A stretch of DNA of 63,299 nt from an uncultured Eubacteriales bacterium (lineage in GTDB: Bacteria; Bacillota; Clostridia; Oscillospirales; QAMX01): the NCBI GenBank assembly GCA_905205975.1, contig CAJLFQ010000004.1, forward strand, positions 1 through 63,299, read 5' to 3'. The notes beneath the pieces are model-generated. The model saw only the letters and a program-made list of their open reading frames with translations, did not search any database and was not told the origin of the DNA. Shown here one piece after another: positions 46,736-55,874 of the stretch. Position 1 is the stretch's first letter, and each line of letters starts with the position of its first letter. The position numbers and the translations under genes were made by a program.

Positions 46736-47107
46736 TCAGGCGCGCCGCGGCACGATCTCCAGCCAGTACCCATCCGGGTCTTCGACGAAATAAATGCCCA
46801 TCGGTTTGTTTTCAAAACAGATGCACCCCATCTGCTCGTGGCGCGCGTGTGACGATGCGAAGTCGTCGGTTTCAAAGGCGAGATGAAACTCGTTGTCGCC
46901 GAGGTCGTAGCCGGGTTTTTCCCAGTCGCGGAGCCAGGTCAGCTCCAGCTGAAAGCCGGATGCCCCATCCGTGAGGAAAACGATGATAAAGCTGCCGTCC
47001 TCCGCCTGGATCCGCCGCGACTCGGTCAGACCGAGCGCGTCCCGGTAAAATTGCAGAGACGCTTCCAGATCGACGACGTTCCAGTTGACGTGTGCAAACG
47101 TATGCAT
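46736..47107 (-). CDS. VOC/glyoxalase I family protein
   Basis: HVNWNVVDLEASLQFYRDALGL... with paired beta-alpha-beta-beta-beta modules and HLAFE. Confidence 0.85.
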   Translation of the reverse strand: MHTFAHVNWNVVDLEASLQFYRDALGLTESRRIQAEDGSFIIVFLTDGASGFQLELTWLRDWEKPGYDLGDNEFHLAFETDDFASSHARHEQMGCICFENKPMGIYFVEDPDGYWLEIVPRRA

Positions 47108-47142
47108 GAGATGCCGCCTGCCCTTCTTTACAAGATAGGCCT

Positions 47143-47171
47143 ATTATATCATACCGCCGCAGGCTTCGCAA
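47143..47171 (-). promoter_or_regulatory. sigma-A promoter for the VOC gene
   Basis: Minus strand TTGCGA-17 nt-TATAAT with TATGa extended -10. Confidence 0.5.
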
Positions 47172-47195
47172 GAGACAAGAAAGCGAGGAAATCAG

Positions 47196-48047
47196 ATGAA
47201 ACAGGAAACGACATATGAAAAAGCCCGCCGCTGCGCAGCGGCCATCCGGCAGAAGACCGATTTTGTACCCAAAGCGGCGCTCATTCTGGGTTCGGGGCTC
47301 GGCGGATTTGCCGACAGCCTTGAAAAAGCTGCCGTGATCGATTACAGCGAACTGGAAGGCTTCCCGATCTCTACGGTCGAAGGCCATCAGGGCCGGTTCA
47401 TCTTTGCCGACGTCGCCGGGATGCCGACCGTCATCATGCAGGGGCGCGTGCATTATTACGAGGGCTATTCCATGCAGGACGTCTGCCTGCCGGTTCGCGT
47501 CATGGGGCTGCTCGGCGCGGAAAACCTGCTGCTCACCAACGCTTCCGGCGGCATCAACCCTGCGTTTGACGTCGGCGATTTCATGCTGATTACCGGGCAG
47601 ATTTCGCTCTTTGTGCCGTCGCCGCTGATCGGGACAAACGATGCGTCGTTCGGCCCGCGCTTCCCGGATATGAGCCATATCTACGATCCGGCGCTGAATG
47701 CGCTGGTGCGTGAAGCGGCCGCGAAACATCAGATTTTGCTGCGGGAGGGGACGTATGTCCAGCTCACCGGTCCGCAGTATGAATCGCCCAACGAAATCCG
47801 TGCACTGGGCATTTTGGGTGCGGACGCCGTCGGCATGAGCACGGCGGTCGAAGCGATTGCCGCCAACCATATGGGTATGCACGTCTGCGGCATCAGCTGC
47901 ATCACCAACAAAGCGGCAGGGCTGGCGAAAAAACCGCTCTCCCATCAGGAAGTCAAAGAGACCGCAGACCGGCGCGCCGCGTCGTTTACGGCGCTTGTCA
48001 CCGATACGCTGGCGGCGATGACCGCGGAAAAGAGGCAGAACGCATGA
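47196..48047 (+). CDS. punA: purine nucleoside phosphorylase (trimeric PNP-I / PunA type)
   Basis: ALILGSGLGGFAD...GRVHYYEG...GADAVGMSTVEA-type motifs. Confidence 0.9.
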   Translation: MKQETTYEKARRCAAAIRQKTDFVPKAALILGSGLGGFADSLEKAAVIDYSELEGFPISTVEGHQGRFIFADVAGMPTVIMQGRVHYYEGYSMQDVCLPVRVMGLLGAENLLLTNASGGINPAFDVGDFMLITGQISLFVPSPLIGTNDASFGPRFPDMSHIYDPALNALVREAAAKHQILLREGTYVQLTGPQYESPNEIRALGILGADAVGMSTAVEAIAANHMGMHVCGISCITNKAAGLAKKPLSHQEVKETADRRAASFTALVTDTLAAMTAEKRQNA

Positions 48048-48805
48048 ATTACCGGGCAGAAACATCTTCCCTCAAGCGGGTTGCACTGGTCACGGGGTCT
48101 TCCCGCGGGATCGGACGCGCCATCGCCGAGCATCTGGCGCGGGCGGGCTATGCCGTCTGCATCAACTATCTGGAGCGGCGCGACAAGGCGGAAGAGCTGG
48201 CTGCGCTGCTGACGGGGCAGGGCTGCGAAGCCATCGCCGTTCAGGCGGATGTCGCGGACCGCGGCGCGGTCAACGCCATGGTGGAACGCTGCACCCGCGA
48301 ACTGGGGCCGGTCACGCTGCTCGTCAACAACGCCGGGGTGGCGGGTCAGGCGCTGTTTCAGGACGTGACGGACGAGCTGTGGAACCGCTATTTTGCCGTC
48401 AATCTGAACGGCGCGCGCCATACGATTCAGGCCGTTCTGCCGCAGATGCTGCATGAAAAATCCGGCTGCATCATCAACGTTTCCTCCATCTGGGGACAGC
48501 ATGGCGCATCCTGCGAGGTCACCTATTCCTGCACGAAGCACGCGCTGATCGGTCTGACGCGTTCCCTTGCAATGGAGCTGGCGCCGAGCGGCATTCGCGT
48601 CAACTGCGTGGCGCCAGGCGTGATTGACACCGATATGGTGCGCGTGCTGGGCGAAGAGACGCTTCATGATCTGGCCAAACAGACGCCGCTTGGGCGTCTG
48701 GGCACGCCGCAGGACATCGCAGGCGCCGTCGTTTATCTGGCGTCGGATGCGGCGTCGTTTGTCACGGGGCAGGTGCTCACGGTAGACGGGGGCTTTCTCG
48801 CATGA
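48044..48805 (+). CDS. SDR family oxidoreductase (FabG-like)
   Basis: VTGSSRGIGRAIA, NNAG and the YSCTKHAL catalytic motif. ATGA overlaps on both sides. Confidence 0.88.
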   Translation: MNYRAETSSLKRVALVTGSSRGIGRAIAEHLARAGYAVCINYLERRDKAEELAALLTGQGCEAIAVQADVADRGAVNAMVERCTRELGPVTLLVNNAGVAGQALFQDVTDELWNRYFAVNLNGARHTIQAVLPQMLHEKSGCIINVSSIWGQHGASCEVTYSCTKHALIGLTRSLAMELAPSGIRVNCVAPGVIDTDMVRVLGEETLHDLAKQTPLGRLGTPQDIAGAVVYLASDAASFVTGQVLTVDGGFLA

Positions 48806-49524
48806 GCCTGGAACGGCTGGATAAGCTCATTGCCTCGATGGGGCGCTTTTCCCGGCGGGAAGTCGGCCAGCTGGTTCGCGCGGGGCGCGTCTGTGTTGAC
48901 GGTGTCCCGGCACGCAGCCCGGATCTGAAATGCGACCCGGAGACGGCGCAGATCACCGTAGACGGTCTTTCCATCAGCTATACGCGCCACACCGACCTGA
49001 TGCTGCACAAACCGGCGGGCGTTCTCTCGGCGACGGAAGACGGCCGCGGCAGGACTGTTCTCGATCTGCTGCCGCCGGAGCTGCAAAAGCGCGGACTTTT
49101 TCCGGTCGGGCGCCTCGACAAAGACACGGAAGGACTGCTGCTTCTGACCAATGACGGGCCGCTGGCGCACGCGTTGCTCAGCCCGAAACGCCACGTCGAT
49201 AAAGTGTACTATGCGCGCATTCAGGGCGCGGTCGGCCCGGCAGACGCCGCTGCGTTTGAATCCGGCATGACGCTTGCCGACGGGCTGGAATGTCTGCCCG
49301 CCGGTCTGGAACCGCTTGGCCCCGGCGAATGCCTCGTCACGCTGCGGGAGGGCAAATTTCATCAGGTCAAGCGGATGCTGGCCGCGCGCGGCGCACCCGT
49401 TTTGTACCTCAAGCGGCTCCGCATGGGGCCGCTGACGCTCGACGATACGCTGCCGGCCGGATCGTTCCGCCCACTGACAGCAGAAGAATCCACCTTGCTG
49501 CGCCGTGCAGCCGGTATGATCTGA
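48802..49524 (+). CDS. RsuA/RluB-family pseudouridine synthase with S4 domain
   Basis: S4 N-terminus (RLDKLIASMG...SRREV) and the catalytic motif PVGRLDKDTEGLLLLTNDG. Confidence 0.9.
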   Translation: MSLERLDKLIASMGRFSRREVGQLVRAGRVCVDGVPARSPDLKCDPETAQITVDGLSISYTRHTDLMLHKPAGVLSATEDGRGRTVLDLLPPELQKRGLFPVGRLDKDTEGLLLLTNDGPLAHALLSPKRHVDKVYYARIQGAVGPADAAAFESGMTLADGLECLPAGLEPLGPGECLVTLREGKFHQVKRMLAARGAPVLYLKRLRMGPLTLDDTLPAGSFRPLTAEESTLLRRAAGMI

Positions 49525-49543
49525 ACGGCGCGGAGATCTCACG

Positions 49544-49595
49544 AAAAACACCGGCACATCCCAATCAAATGGGATGTGCCGGTGTCTGTTTTGTG
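49544..49595. terminator. bidirectional terminator between convergent operons
   Basis: ACACCGGCACATCCCA atcaaa TGGGATGTGCCGGTGT (16-bp stem) with an A-run upstream and a TGTTTTGTG tail. Confidence 0.85.
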
Positions 49596-49598
49596 CGC

Positions 49599-51077
49599 TT
49601 AATACCGGCTGATGGTGCCGCCGTTCAGAATGGTCTGAACGTTCTCGGAGATCTTGCGCAGGTATGTGATGTTGGCGCAGAAATTCGATGCTTCCGGCAT
49701 GGCGTCATCGCCGAGGCAGACGATATACTGGCGGCTGGTCGCTTTGTAGAAGCGGACGGTTTCCGTAAAGCCGGAGCGGTACGTCACCTTGAACGAATAC
49801 GACGGCGTCGATTCAATGGCTTCACCGGCCAGCAGGTTATCATACTGGACGGAGATGATGCTCGTGTAGAGGCGGCGGCCGTTGTCTTCCGACAGCGCCT
49901 TGCCGTTCAGGGCGGCGATGAATGTGCCGGAGGAACCGTCATCGCTGGTCGTATCGTCAACGTCAAGCTGGAAGCGGCCTTCCGGCAGATTGAGCTCCAC
50001 AGAAGTGACGTCTTTGATGCTGTGCAGCCAGACCAGATTGCTCCGCAGATCCATGGCGGTCAGATCGCCGAAGGAAATCTCACCGTATGCAGCGTACACG
50101 CTGTCGATGCCGTCCACACGGATGTAGACCATCGAACCGGAAACGCCGAAGTGCAGCGTCGTCTCGGTGCCGTCCCGCATGACGAAGTCGACCGTAATGG
50201 CGTGTTCGTCATCGAGGTTGTACATGGCGAGGTCTTTCGGGTTGTTTTCAACGACCTGCATGACCATCAGGGAGCTGAGCTGATCCAAAAAGTCCTCGCT
50301 GACGACGGTGTCGCTGACGTATGCCCGATAGGGTTCCGTCATGCGGAAGGTGGTGTAAATGATAACGCCTTCCTCATCCGATTCAAACGATTCATGGCGC
50401 TCCAAAACGATCTTTTCGCCGTTCTTGGCGTGCAGGGTGACTGTTTTGATGCTGTCGTAATAGGTGCCGAAGGACGGGATGATGTCCAGCGAGCGGTAGC
50501 GGTTCGCCCCATCCAGATAGGTGTTGGCTGTCAGCGTGGAGATCAGGTAAATCGCCGACTGATCCGCGCGTTTGGCATAATAGCCGTCCGACACGGAGTT
50601 GTAGCTGCCGATCAAAAGCGTGATCGGGCGGAGCGTCTCATCCTTTTCAGCGAGGGCTTCAAACGGCGTGATGGTCACGCGGATGGCGTTTTCGTCGTCC
50701 AGACCGAATTCGGCGAGGTTTTCCGCCTCGTTGTAAACGAGTTCGGACGCTTCCAGCGACATCATGCGGGTAAATGCCTCTTCCATGAGCGACTGGCTGT
50801 ATGCGTAGCCGTCATAAACGCCGTTGTCCTGGAAGACGTACAGAACGGTTTCATCCGGCTGCGGCACCTTGCCGATGATGTAGCGGTACCCGTCGTTTTT
50901 GGAGGCGGGAAATTCGACTTTGACGGCAAACATCGGGTCTGCTTCTCCGGAAATGACGTGGAGGGAATCGGTTTCCTTTTCGTCTTTCGGGATCAGCGCG
51001 GAAACGATGAAGTAGGCGGCCGCCAGAACGGCGACAATCACCAGGCAGAGAATCAGGGTTTTGAGTTGCTTTTTCAT
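49599..51077 (-). CDS. DUF4340 domain protein (N-terminal membrane anchor)
   Basis: Position and architecture are typical of the fourth gene of GldG-type ABC modules. The start overlaps the GldG-like stop (TGATG). Confidence 0.7.
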   Translation of the reverse strand: MKKQLKTLILCLVIVAVLAAAYFIVSALIPKDEKETDSLHVISGEADPMFAVKVEFPASKNDGYRYIIGKVPQPDETVLYVFQDNGVYDGYAYSQSLMEEAFTRMMSLEASELVYNEAENLAEFGLDDENAIRVTITPFEALAEKDETLRPITLLIGSYNSVSDGYYAKRADQSAIYLISTLTANTYLDGANRYRSLDIIPSFGTYYDSIKTVTLHAKNGEKIVLERHESFESDEEGVIIYTTFRMTEPYRAYVSDTVVSEDFLDQLSSLMVMQVVENNPKDLAMYNLDDEHAITVDFVMRDGTETTLHFGVSGSMVYIRVDGIDSVYAAYGEISFGDLTAMDLRSNLVWLHSIKDVTSVELNLPEGRFQLDVDDTTSDDGSSGTFIAALNGKALSEDNGRRLYTSIISVQYDNLLAGEAIESTPSYSFKVTYRSGFTETVRFYKATSRQYIVCLGDDAMPEASNFCANITYLRKISENVQTILNGGTISRY

Positions 51078-52633
51078 CAGCGGTTTTTCCTCCTGTACCA
51101 GACGACGATGCCAAAGATGATGATGGCTGCCGGAATGACGCAGAGCAGAATCAGAACGACCGTCAGCTGGCTGCCGATGACTTCCAGCTCCGGATCGGTG
51201 AACTTCTTGCTCTTGACTTCAACCGTTACGCCGGAATCGTTGAACTCATCCATGACGTTCGTCAGGAAGCGCATATTGCCGAAGCTGTCGCTGTTGACAA
51301 GGTCGGAAGAGAACAGATACGGGCTGGAGAGGAACAGGATGTTGGTCGATTTGGTTTCGTTGTTGATGATCTGCGAACGCGTGACATAAATCGCGGTGGA
51401 GAAGCTGCCGCTCAGATCGCCGTCCGCGCGTTCAAACGAAGAAATCGTCTCCGAGTCGCTCTTGATTTTGGCGTAGGACTTCGGCGAAGTCTGGAGCAGA
51501 TCGGTCGACGTCATCAGGCCGGATTCCGTCCAGAGCTGTCTCATGACCTTGGAACGGGGCGCAACGACATATTTGGAGGCGGCAAACCCGGCGGTCAGCG
51601 GTGCATCCGTCGAAGAGGTCCAGGCGTAAACGTTGGTATAATCGCTGTAACGGTAATCTGCGTCGCAGACGAGTGCGTCTTCAAATTCAACGCCCCATTC
51701 GCGGAACAGAAGCTCCAGGTTGGTGAGCTTCGGCGCATCGGCACCGGTGACGTAGATGAAGCTGCGATAGGAATTCAGATATTTTTCGAGCTTCAGGATT
51801 TCCTCTTCCGTATAGTCCGTGGTCGGGCAGCTCAGCACCACGAGGGAAACATCGTCCGGAATTTCTGCGCCGCCTTCGAGCAGGCTCAGCGTCGAAACCG
51901 TGTAGTTGGCTTCATAGAGCTGGTTGGCGATGGTCGAGGCGCCGATCTCGCTGTGGCCAGTCAAAACGACGGCCTTCGGCGGGTTTTCGATGTTCATGTA
52001 GACGATGGCCGTGGTCAGCTTGCGTTCGATCGAAACGCCGACGGCAGAGGACTGCGAAGAGTCATACCAGTAGTAGAGATCCGACAGGGAGAAGGCGCGG
52101 TGCTTTTCACCCTTTTCCACCACGATGGAGCCGTTGCTGATCTTGACGATGTCTTCGTATTTCTTCACGAAGCCGGGGTTGCGGACCGGGTCAACATAGT
52201 GAACCTGAACCTTGCCGTCGGAATAAACCTGATACCGGTCGAGGATTTCCGCCATTTCGTTGCCGTAGGTCTGCGCGCGGAAATTGTCTTCGGTCATGAA
52301 GACGTAGAGGTTGACCGATTCGTCCAGATTTTTCAGGACGTCGATCGTCTCATCGCTCAGCTCGAACCGTTTTTCACTGGTCATATCGAACTTGAGGCCG
52401 TATTTGTCCGTCGCGAAACCAACGAGCACGTTGACAAGGATGATCGCCGTCACGATGAGCAGAGACATAACCGTCGCCAGCGTCCCGTACTTGAGGCGCT
52501 GTTTCCGGAGGTTGAAGTTGAAGCGGTGGAGCTTCGCACCGAAGGAACCTTCGGCATGCTGCTTCGGCGCCGGTTTTTTGGTGATGGGCGCGTTTCCTTT
52601 TGCTGCGGGCTTTTTCTCAGGTGTCTTGTTCAT
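51077..52633 (-). CDS. GldG-like ABC-transport auxiliary component
   Basis: N- and C-terminal TM anchors flank a large extracytoplasmic domain. Follows the ABC-2 permease. Confidence 0.75.
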   Translation of the reverse strand: MNKTPEKKPAAKGNAPITKKPAPKQHAEGSFGAKLHRFNFNLRKQRLKYGTLATVMSLLIVTAIILVNVLVGFATDKYGLKFDMTSEKRFELSDETIDVLKNLDESVNLYVFMTEDNFRAQTYGNEMAEILDRYQVYSDGKVQVHYVDPVRNPGFVKKYEDIVKISNGSIVVEKGEKHRAFSLSDLYYWYDSSQSSAVGVSIERKLTTAIVYMNIENPPKAVVLTGHSEIGASTIANQLYEANYTVSTLSLLEGGAEIPDDVSLVVLSCPTTDYTEEEILKLEKYLNSYRSFIYVTGADAPKLTNLELLFREWGVEFEDALVCDADYRYSDYTNVYAWTSSTDAPLTAGFAASKYVVAPRSKVMRQLWTESGLMTSTDLLQTSPKSYAKIKSDSETISSFERADGDLSGSFSTAIYVTRSQIINNETKSTNILFLSSPYLFSSDLVNSDSFGNMRFLTNVMDEFNDSGVTVEVKSKKFTDPELEVIGSQLTVVLILLCVIPAAIIIFGIVVWYRRKNR

Positions 52634-52651
52634 AAATCCGTCCTCCTGTCC

Positions 52652-53356
52652 TTAAGCGTAACGCTTCTTGTCGAGCATCCGGATCGTCAGGTAGATAAAC
52701 ACAGCAGAGATGCTGATATAATAAACGATGTCGGAAAGATCAAACAGCCCATAGGTGAAGCTCGAATAGCGGCTGAACACAGACAGCCAGCCGACGACGG
52801 TCTTCACGGCGGTGATTTCGATGTTGGAGACGAGCAGGTCCACCAGCCACAGGCCGATCAAAACAGCCCAAGTGACAAGCGCGCTGACGAGCTGGTTCTC
52901 CGTCAGGGAGGAGATGAAAAGGCCGATGGCGATAAACGCGCTCGCCGCGAAGAAAATCGCGACATAGTTGCCGAAAATGGCCCACGGCTCAGAAACGCTG
53001 TAAAATTTCAGAATGAGCGGGATCATAAACGTGCCGAGCATGGAAAGCACAAATACGCTCAGCGCGGCGAAATACTTGCCGAGAACGATATCCGTCATGC
53101 GGATCGGGACGGTAAAGAGCAGCTGATCGGTCTTCAGCTTTTTCTCTTCGCTGAGCAGACGCATCGTCAGGATCGGCGCAAGGAACGCCAGACCGATCAA
53201 AAGCAGGTAGAAAATCGGCTTGACGTTGGAGGAGCTTTTTTCAACGTTCATGAAGTAAAAGCAGAGGTTCATGATCAGAATCAGCACGCCGCTGAACACA
53301 TAGCCGATCGGCGTTGTGTAGAAAGCGCGCAGATCGCGTTTGTAGACTGCAAACAT
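52652..53356 (-). CDS. ABC-2 type transporter permease
   Basis: Six hydrophobic helices, 234 aa, directly downstream of the ATPase gene. Confidence 0.85.
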   Translation of the reverse strand: MFAVYKRDLRAFYTTPIGYVFSGVLILIMNLCFYFMNVEKSSSNVKPIFYLLLIGLAFLAPILTMRLLSEEKKLKTDQLLFTVPIRMTDIVLGKYFAALSVFVLSMLGTFMIPLILKFYSVSEPWAIFGNYVAIFFAASAFIAIGLFISSLTENQLVSALVTWAVLIGLWLVDLLVSNIEITAVKTVVGWLSVFSRYSSFTYGLFDLSDIVYYISISAVFIYLTIRMLDKKRYA

Positions 53357-53384
53357 AGAGCTTTATCCTTCCTTCTTTGGCGGC

Positions 53385-54338
53385 CTATCTGACGGCCGGA
53401 GTCCCGTCGTTTTCGGCGGTCAGTTTGATGAAGATGTCTTCCAGCGAGGCAGAGACCGGCGAGAACATCAGCATCGGGTATCCGGCGGCGGCAAGGGCGT
53501 TGAAAACGAGCTTGCGGATATCGACCTGCGCCTTCGGTTCCAGGATGAAGTCGCATGCGCCGTTTTCCGGCGAGCCTTCGTAGAGAACGCGTGCCATTTC
53601 CGGGATCCGGGACAGAATGGCCTGAATCTTGTCCTGCGGGCCTGCGGCGCGGAGCTGCATTTTGCGGTCCACATCGACGTAGAGGGAGAGATTGGCTGGC
53701 GTATCGTTTGCGATGATTTTCCCGTGGTTGATCACGAGGACACGTTCGCAGATGGCCTGCACTTCCGGCAGAATGTGGCTGGAGAGGATGACCGTCCGTT
53801 TTTTGCCGAGGTCTTTGATCACGTTGCGGATTTCGATGATCTGAATCGGGTCGAGACCGACGGTCGGCTCGTCGAGGATCAGCACTTCCGGATCACCGAT
53901 CAGCGCCTGCGCCAGACCGACGCGCTGCTTGTACCCCTTGGAGAGGTTGCGGATCATCCGCTTGTAGACGTTTGTAATGCCAGCCAGCTCGCAGATCTCG
54001 GAAATATGCTCCTTCCGATGCTCTTTCACACCCTTCAGGTCACAGATGAAGTCGAGATACTCGTTGACCGCCATGTCCATGTAAAGGGGCGGCTGTTCCG
54101 GCAGATAGCCGATGTGCCGTTTTGCGGCGATGGGGTTTTCCAGAATATCGATGCCGTTGATTTTTGCGGAGCCGGACGTTGCGGACAGGTAACCCGTCAG
54201 AACGTTCATCGTGGTGGACTTGCCGGCGCCGTTGGGGCCAAGAAAACCGACGAGCTCGCCTTCGTGAATGGAGAAGGAGATGCCGTCAACCGCTTTCTTG
54301 TCGCCGTAGTGCTTGACCAAATTGGTAACCTCGATCAT
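53385..54338 (-). CDS. ABC transporter ATP-binding protein
   Basis: Walker A GPNGAGKST, signature LSKGYKQRV and Walker B LILDEPTVGLD. Confidence 0.93.
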   Translation of the reverse strand: MIEVTNLVKHYGDKKAVDGISFSIHEGELVGFLGPNGAGKSTTMNVLTGYLSATSGSAKINGIDILENPIAAKRHIGYLPEQPPLYMDMAVNEYLDFICDLKGVKEHRKEHISEICELAGITNVYKRMIRNLSKGYKQRVGLAQALIGDPEVLILDEPTVGLDPIQIIEIRNVIKDLGKKRTVILSSHILPEVQAICERVLVINHGKIIANDTPANLSLYVDVDRKMQLRAAGPQDKIQAILSRIPEMARVLYEGSPENGACDFILEPKAQVDIRKLVFNALAAAGYPMLMFSPVSASLEDIFIKLTAENDGTPAVR

Positions 54339-54464
54339 AGAAGTTCTGCTTCCTTCCTTTTATTGAGGATGTTGTAGAGGGTATCGGTATGGGTGGCGGG
54401 AAGCCTGCCGACGGATCCGGCAGACTCCCCGAATGCGGAGCCCAAAACAAGATACGTTATGTTC

Positions 54465-54493
54465 ATTATAACACATGACATGAAACATGTGTA
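54465..54493 (-). promoter_or_regulatory. sigma-A promoter for the ABC module, overlapped by a 7-N8-7 palindrome
   Basis: Minus strand TACACA-17 nt-TATAAT with TGTGt extended -10. ACACATG-N8-CATGTGT (54471..54492) covers the spacer and the -35. Confidence 0.5.
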
Positions 54494-54511
54494 GCGATTT
54501 TGTAAATGAAC

Positions 54512-54548
54512 GAAAAAATCGCTTGCAAAGCCCCGTCAGCAGGGGGCT
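54512..54548 (-). terminator. possible terminator after hisS (stop codon in the loop)
   Basis: AGCCCC...GGGGCT 6-bp stem followed on the minus strand by TTTGCAAGCGATTTTTT (interrupted T tail). Confidence 0.4.
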
Positions 54549-55813
54549 GAGACGATTTCAGCGATGGCTTTCGCCGAGAGGGAAACCGGAACCGTTTCTC
54601 CGGTGACCATGTTTTTCAGCGTGCCGCCGCCGGTTTCCAGTTCGTTTCCGCCGAGAATCAGCAGGTAGCGCGTGTGCAGCTTGTCGGCGTATTTGAGCTG
54701 CGCCTTGAGCGACCGGCCGGTCACATCGTGTTCAACAGCGACGCCGGCGCGGCGCAGCGCGAGCACAAGCTGCGCGGTCGTATCCTGCGCGGAAGCGTCC
54801 GCCGAAGCCAGGAAGACGTCCGGCCCCGGTGCAGGCGGCAGGGCGATGCCGCTTTCCTGCAAAACGAGCAGGAGGCGCTCCAGCCCGCAGCCGAAGCCCA
54901 GACCGGGCAGGGCAGGCCCGCCGAGCGATTCCACCAGCCGGTCATACCGGCCGCCGCCGCAGACGGTCGACTGCGCCCCGATGTTTCCGGCGACGAATTC
55001 GAAGACCGTTTTGGTATAATAGTCCAGCCCGCGGACGATGCGCGGATCAACCCGGTAAGGGATGCCAAGCAGATCCAGCTGATGCTGAAGCGATGTGAAA
55101 TGCGCGGCGCAGTCTTCGCAGAGATAGTCGAGTGTTTTCGGCGCGTTGGCGGCGATTTCGCCGCAGTGCGGCTCCTTGCAGTCGAGCAGGCGGAGCGGGT
55201 TGCGTTCGAGCCTGTCCAGACAGAGCTCGCAGAGCTCGCCCCGGTATGCGTTGAAATAGTCGCGCAGCGCAGCATGATACGCCTTGCGGCAGACCGGACA
55301 GCCGATGGAGTTGATGGAGACCGTCAGCGTTTCGATGCCCAGCCGGCGCAGGAAGGTGTCCGCCAGCGCGATGACTTCGGCATCGGCTGCGGCGCCGGGC
55401 GCACCGAACATTTCAACACCGAACTGATGGTGCTCACGCAGACGGCCGGCCTGCGGCTTTTCATAGCGGAAGTTCGGCGCAATGTAGTAGACCTTGAGCG
55501 GAAGCGTTCCGGCATAAAGCCCGTTTTCGATCAGGCTGCGCACGACGGACGCCGTTCCCTCCGGGCGCAGCGTGATGGAACGTCCGCCCTTGTCCTCAAA
55601 GGTGTACATCTCTTTCTGAACGATATCCGTGGTATCGCCGACACCGCGCAGGAAAAGCTCGGTGTGTTCAAAGGCGGGGAAACGGATTTCCTGAAAGCCG
55701 AAATCCGCTGCGCAGCGGCGCAGAACGCCTTCGAGATACTGCCAGTCATGCGAGGCAGACGGCAAAACGTCTTTGGTTCCTTTTGGAATGCTGATTTTTG
55801 GCGTGGGTGACAT
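54536..55813 (-). CDS. hisS: histidine--tRNA ligase
   Basis: KGTKDVLP, FRYEKPQAGRLREHHQFG (motif 2) and GGGRYD (motif 3). AAAGGA SD before the ATG at 55813. The ORF-track 5' extension translates a tandem repeat. Confidence 0.92.
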   Translation of the reverse strand: MSPTPKISIPKGTKDVLPSASHDWQYLEGVLRRCAADFGFQEIRFPAFEHTELFLRGVGDTTDIVQKEMYTFEDKGGRSITLRPEGTASVVRSLIENGLYAGTLPLKVYYIAPNFRYEKPQAGRLREHHQFGVEMFGAPGAAADAEVIALADTFLRRLGIETLTVSINSIGCPVCRKAYHAALRDYFNAYRGELCELCLDRLERNPLRLLDCKEPHCGEIAANAPKTLDYLCEDCAAHFTSLQHQLDLLGIPYRVDPRIVRGLDYYTKTVFEFVAGNIGAQSTVCGGGRYDRLVESLGGPALPGLGFGCGLERLLLVLQESGIALPPAPGPDVFLASADASAQDTTAQLVLALRRAGVAVEHDVTGRSLKAQLKYADKLHTRYLLILGGNELETGGGTLKNMVTGETVPVSLSAKAIAEIVSAPC

Positions 55814-55830
55814 GAATGACGTCCTTTCTG

Positions 55831-55874
55831 GATCGAAATCTGATCGAAATCTGATCAAAATCTGATCAATCATC
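55831..55874. repeat. 11-bp tandem repeat, 3.5 copies, each starting with GATC
   Basis: GATCGAAATCT GATCGAAATCT GATCAAAATCT GATCAATCATC. It fills the CYTH-hisS intergenic space right up to the hisS SD. Confidence 0.85.

Noticed and set aside
49290-53392. 699-aa (49290..51389) and 479-aa (51953..53392) plus-strand ORFs over the ABC/GldG/DUF4340 module
   Set aside because: They are antisense shadows of genes with recognisable Walker motifs and TM architecture. One runs straight through a strong bidirectional terminator and gene boundaries. The composition is R/G/A/V/D-rich with no motifs.
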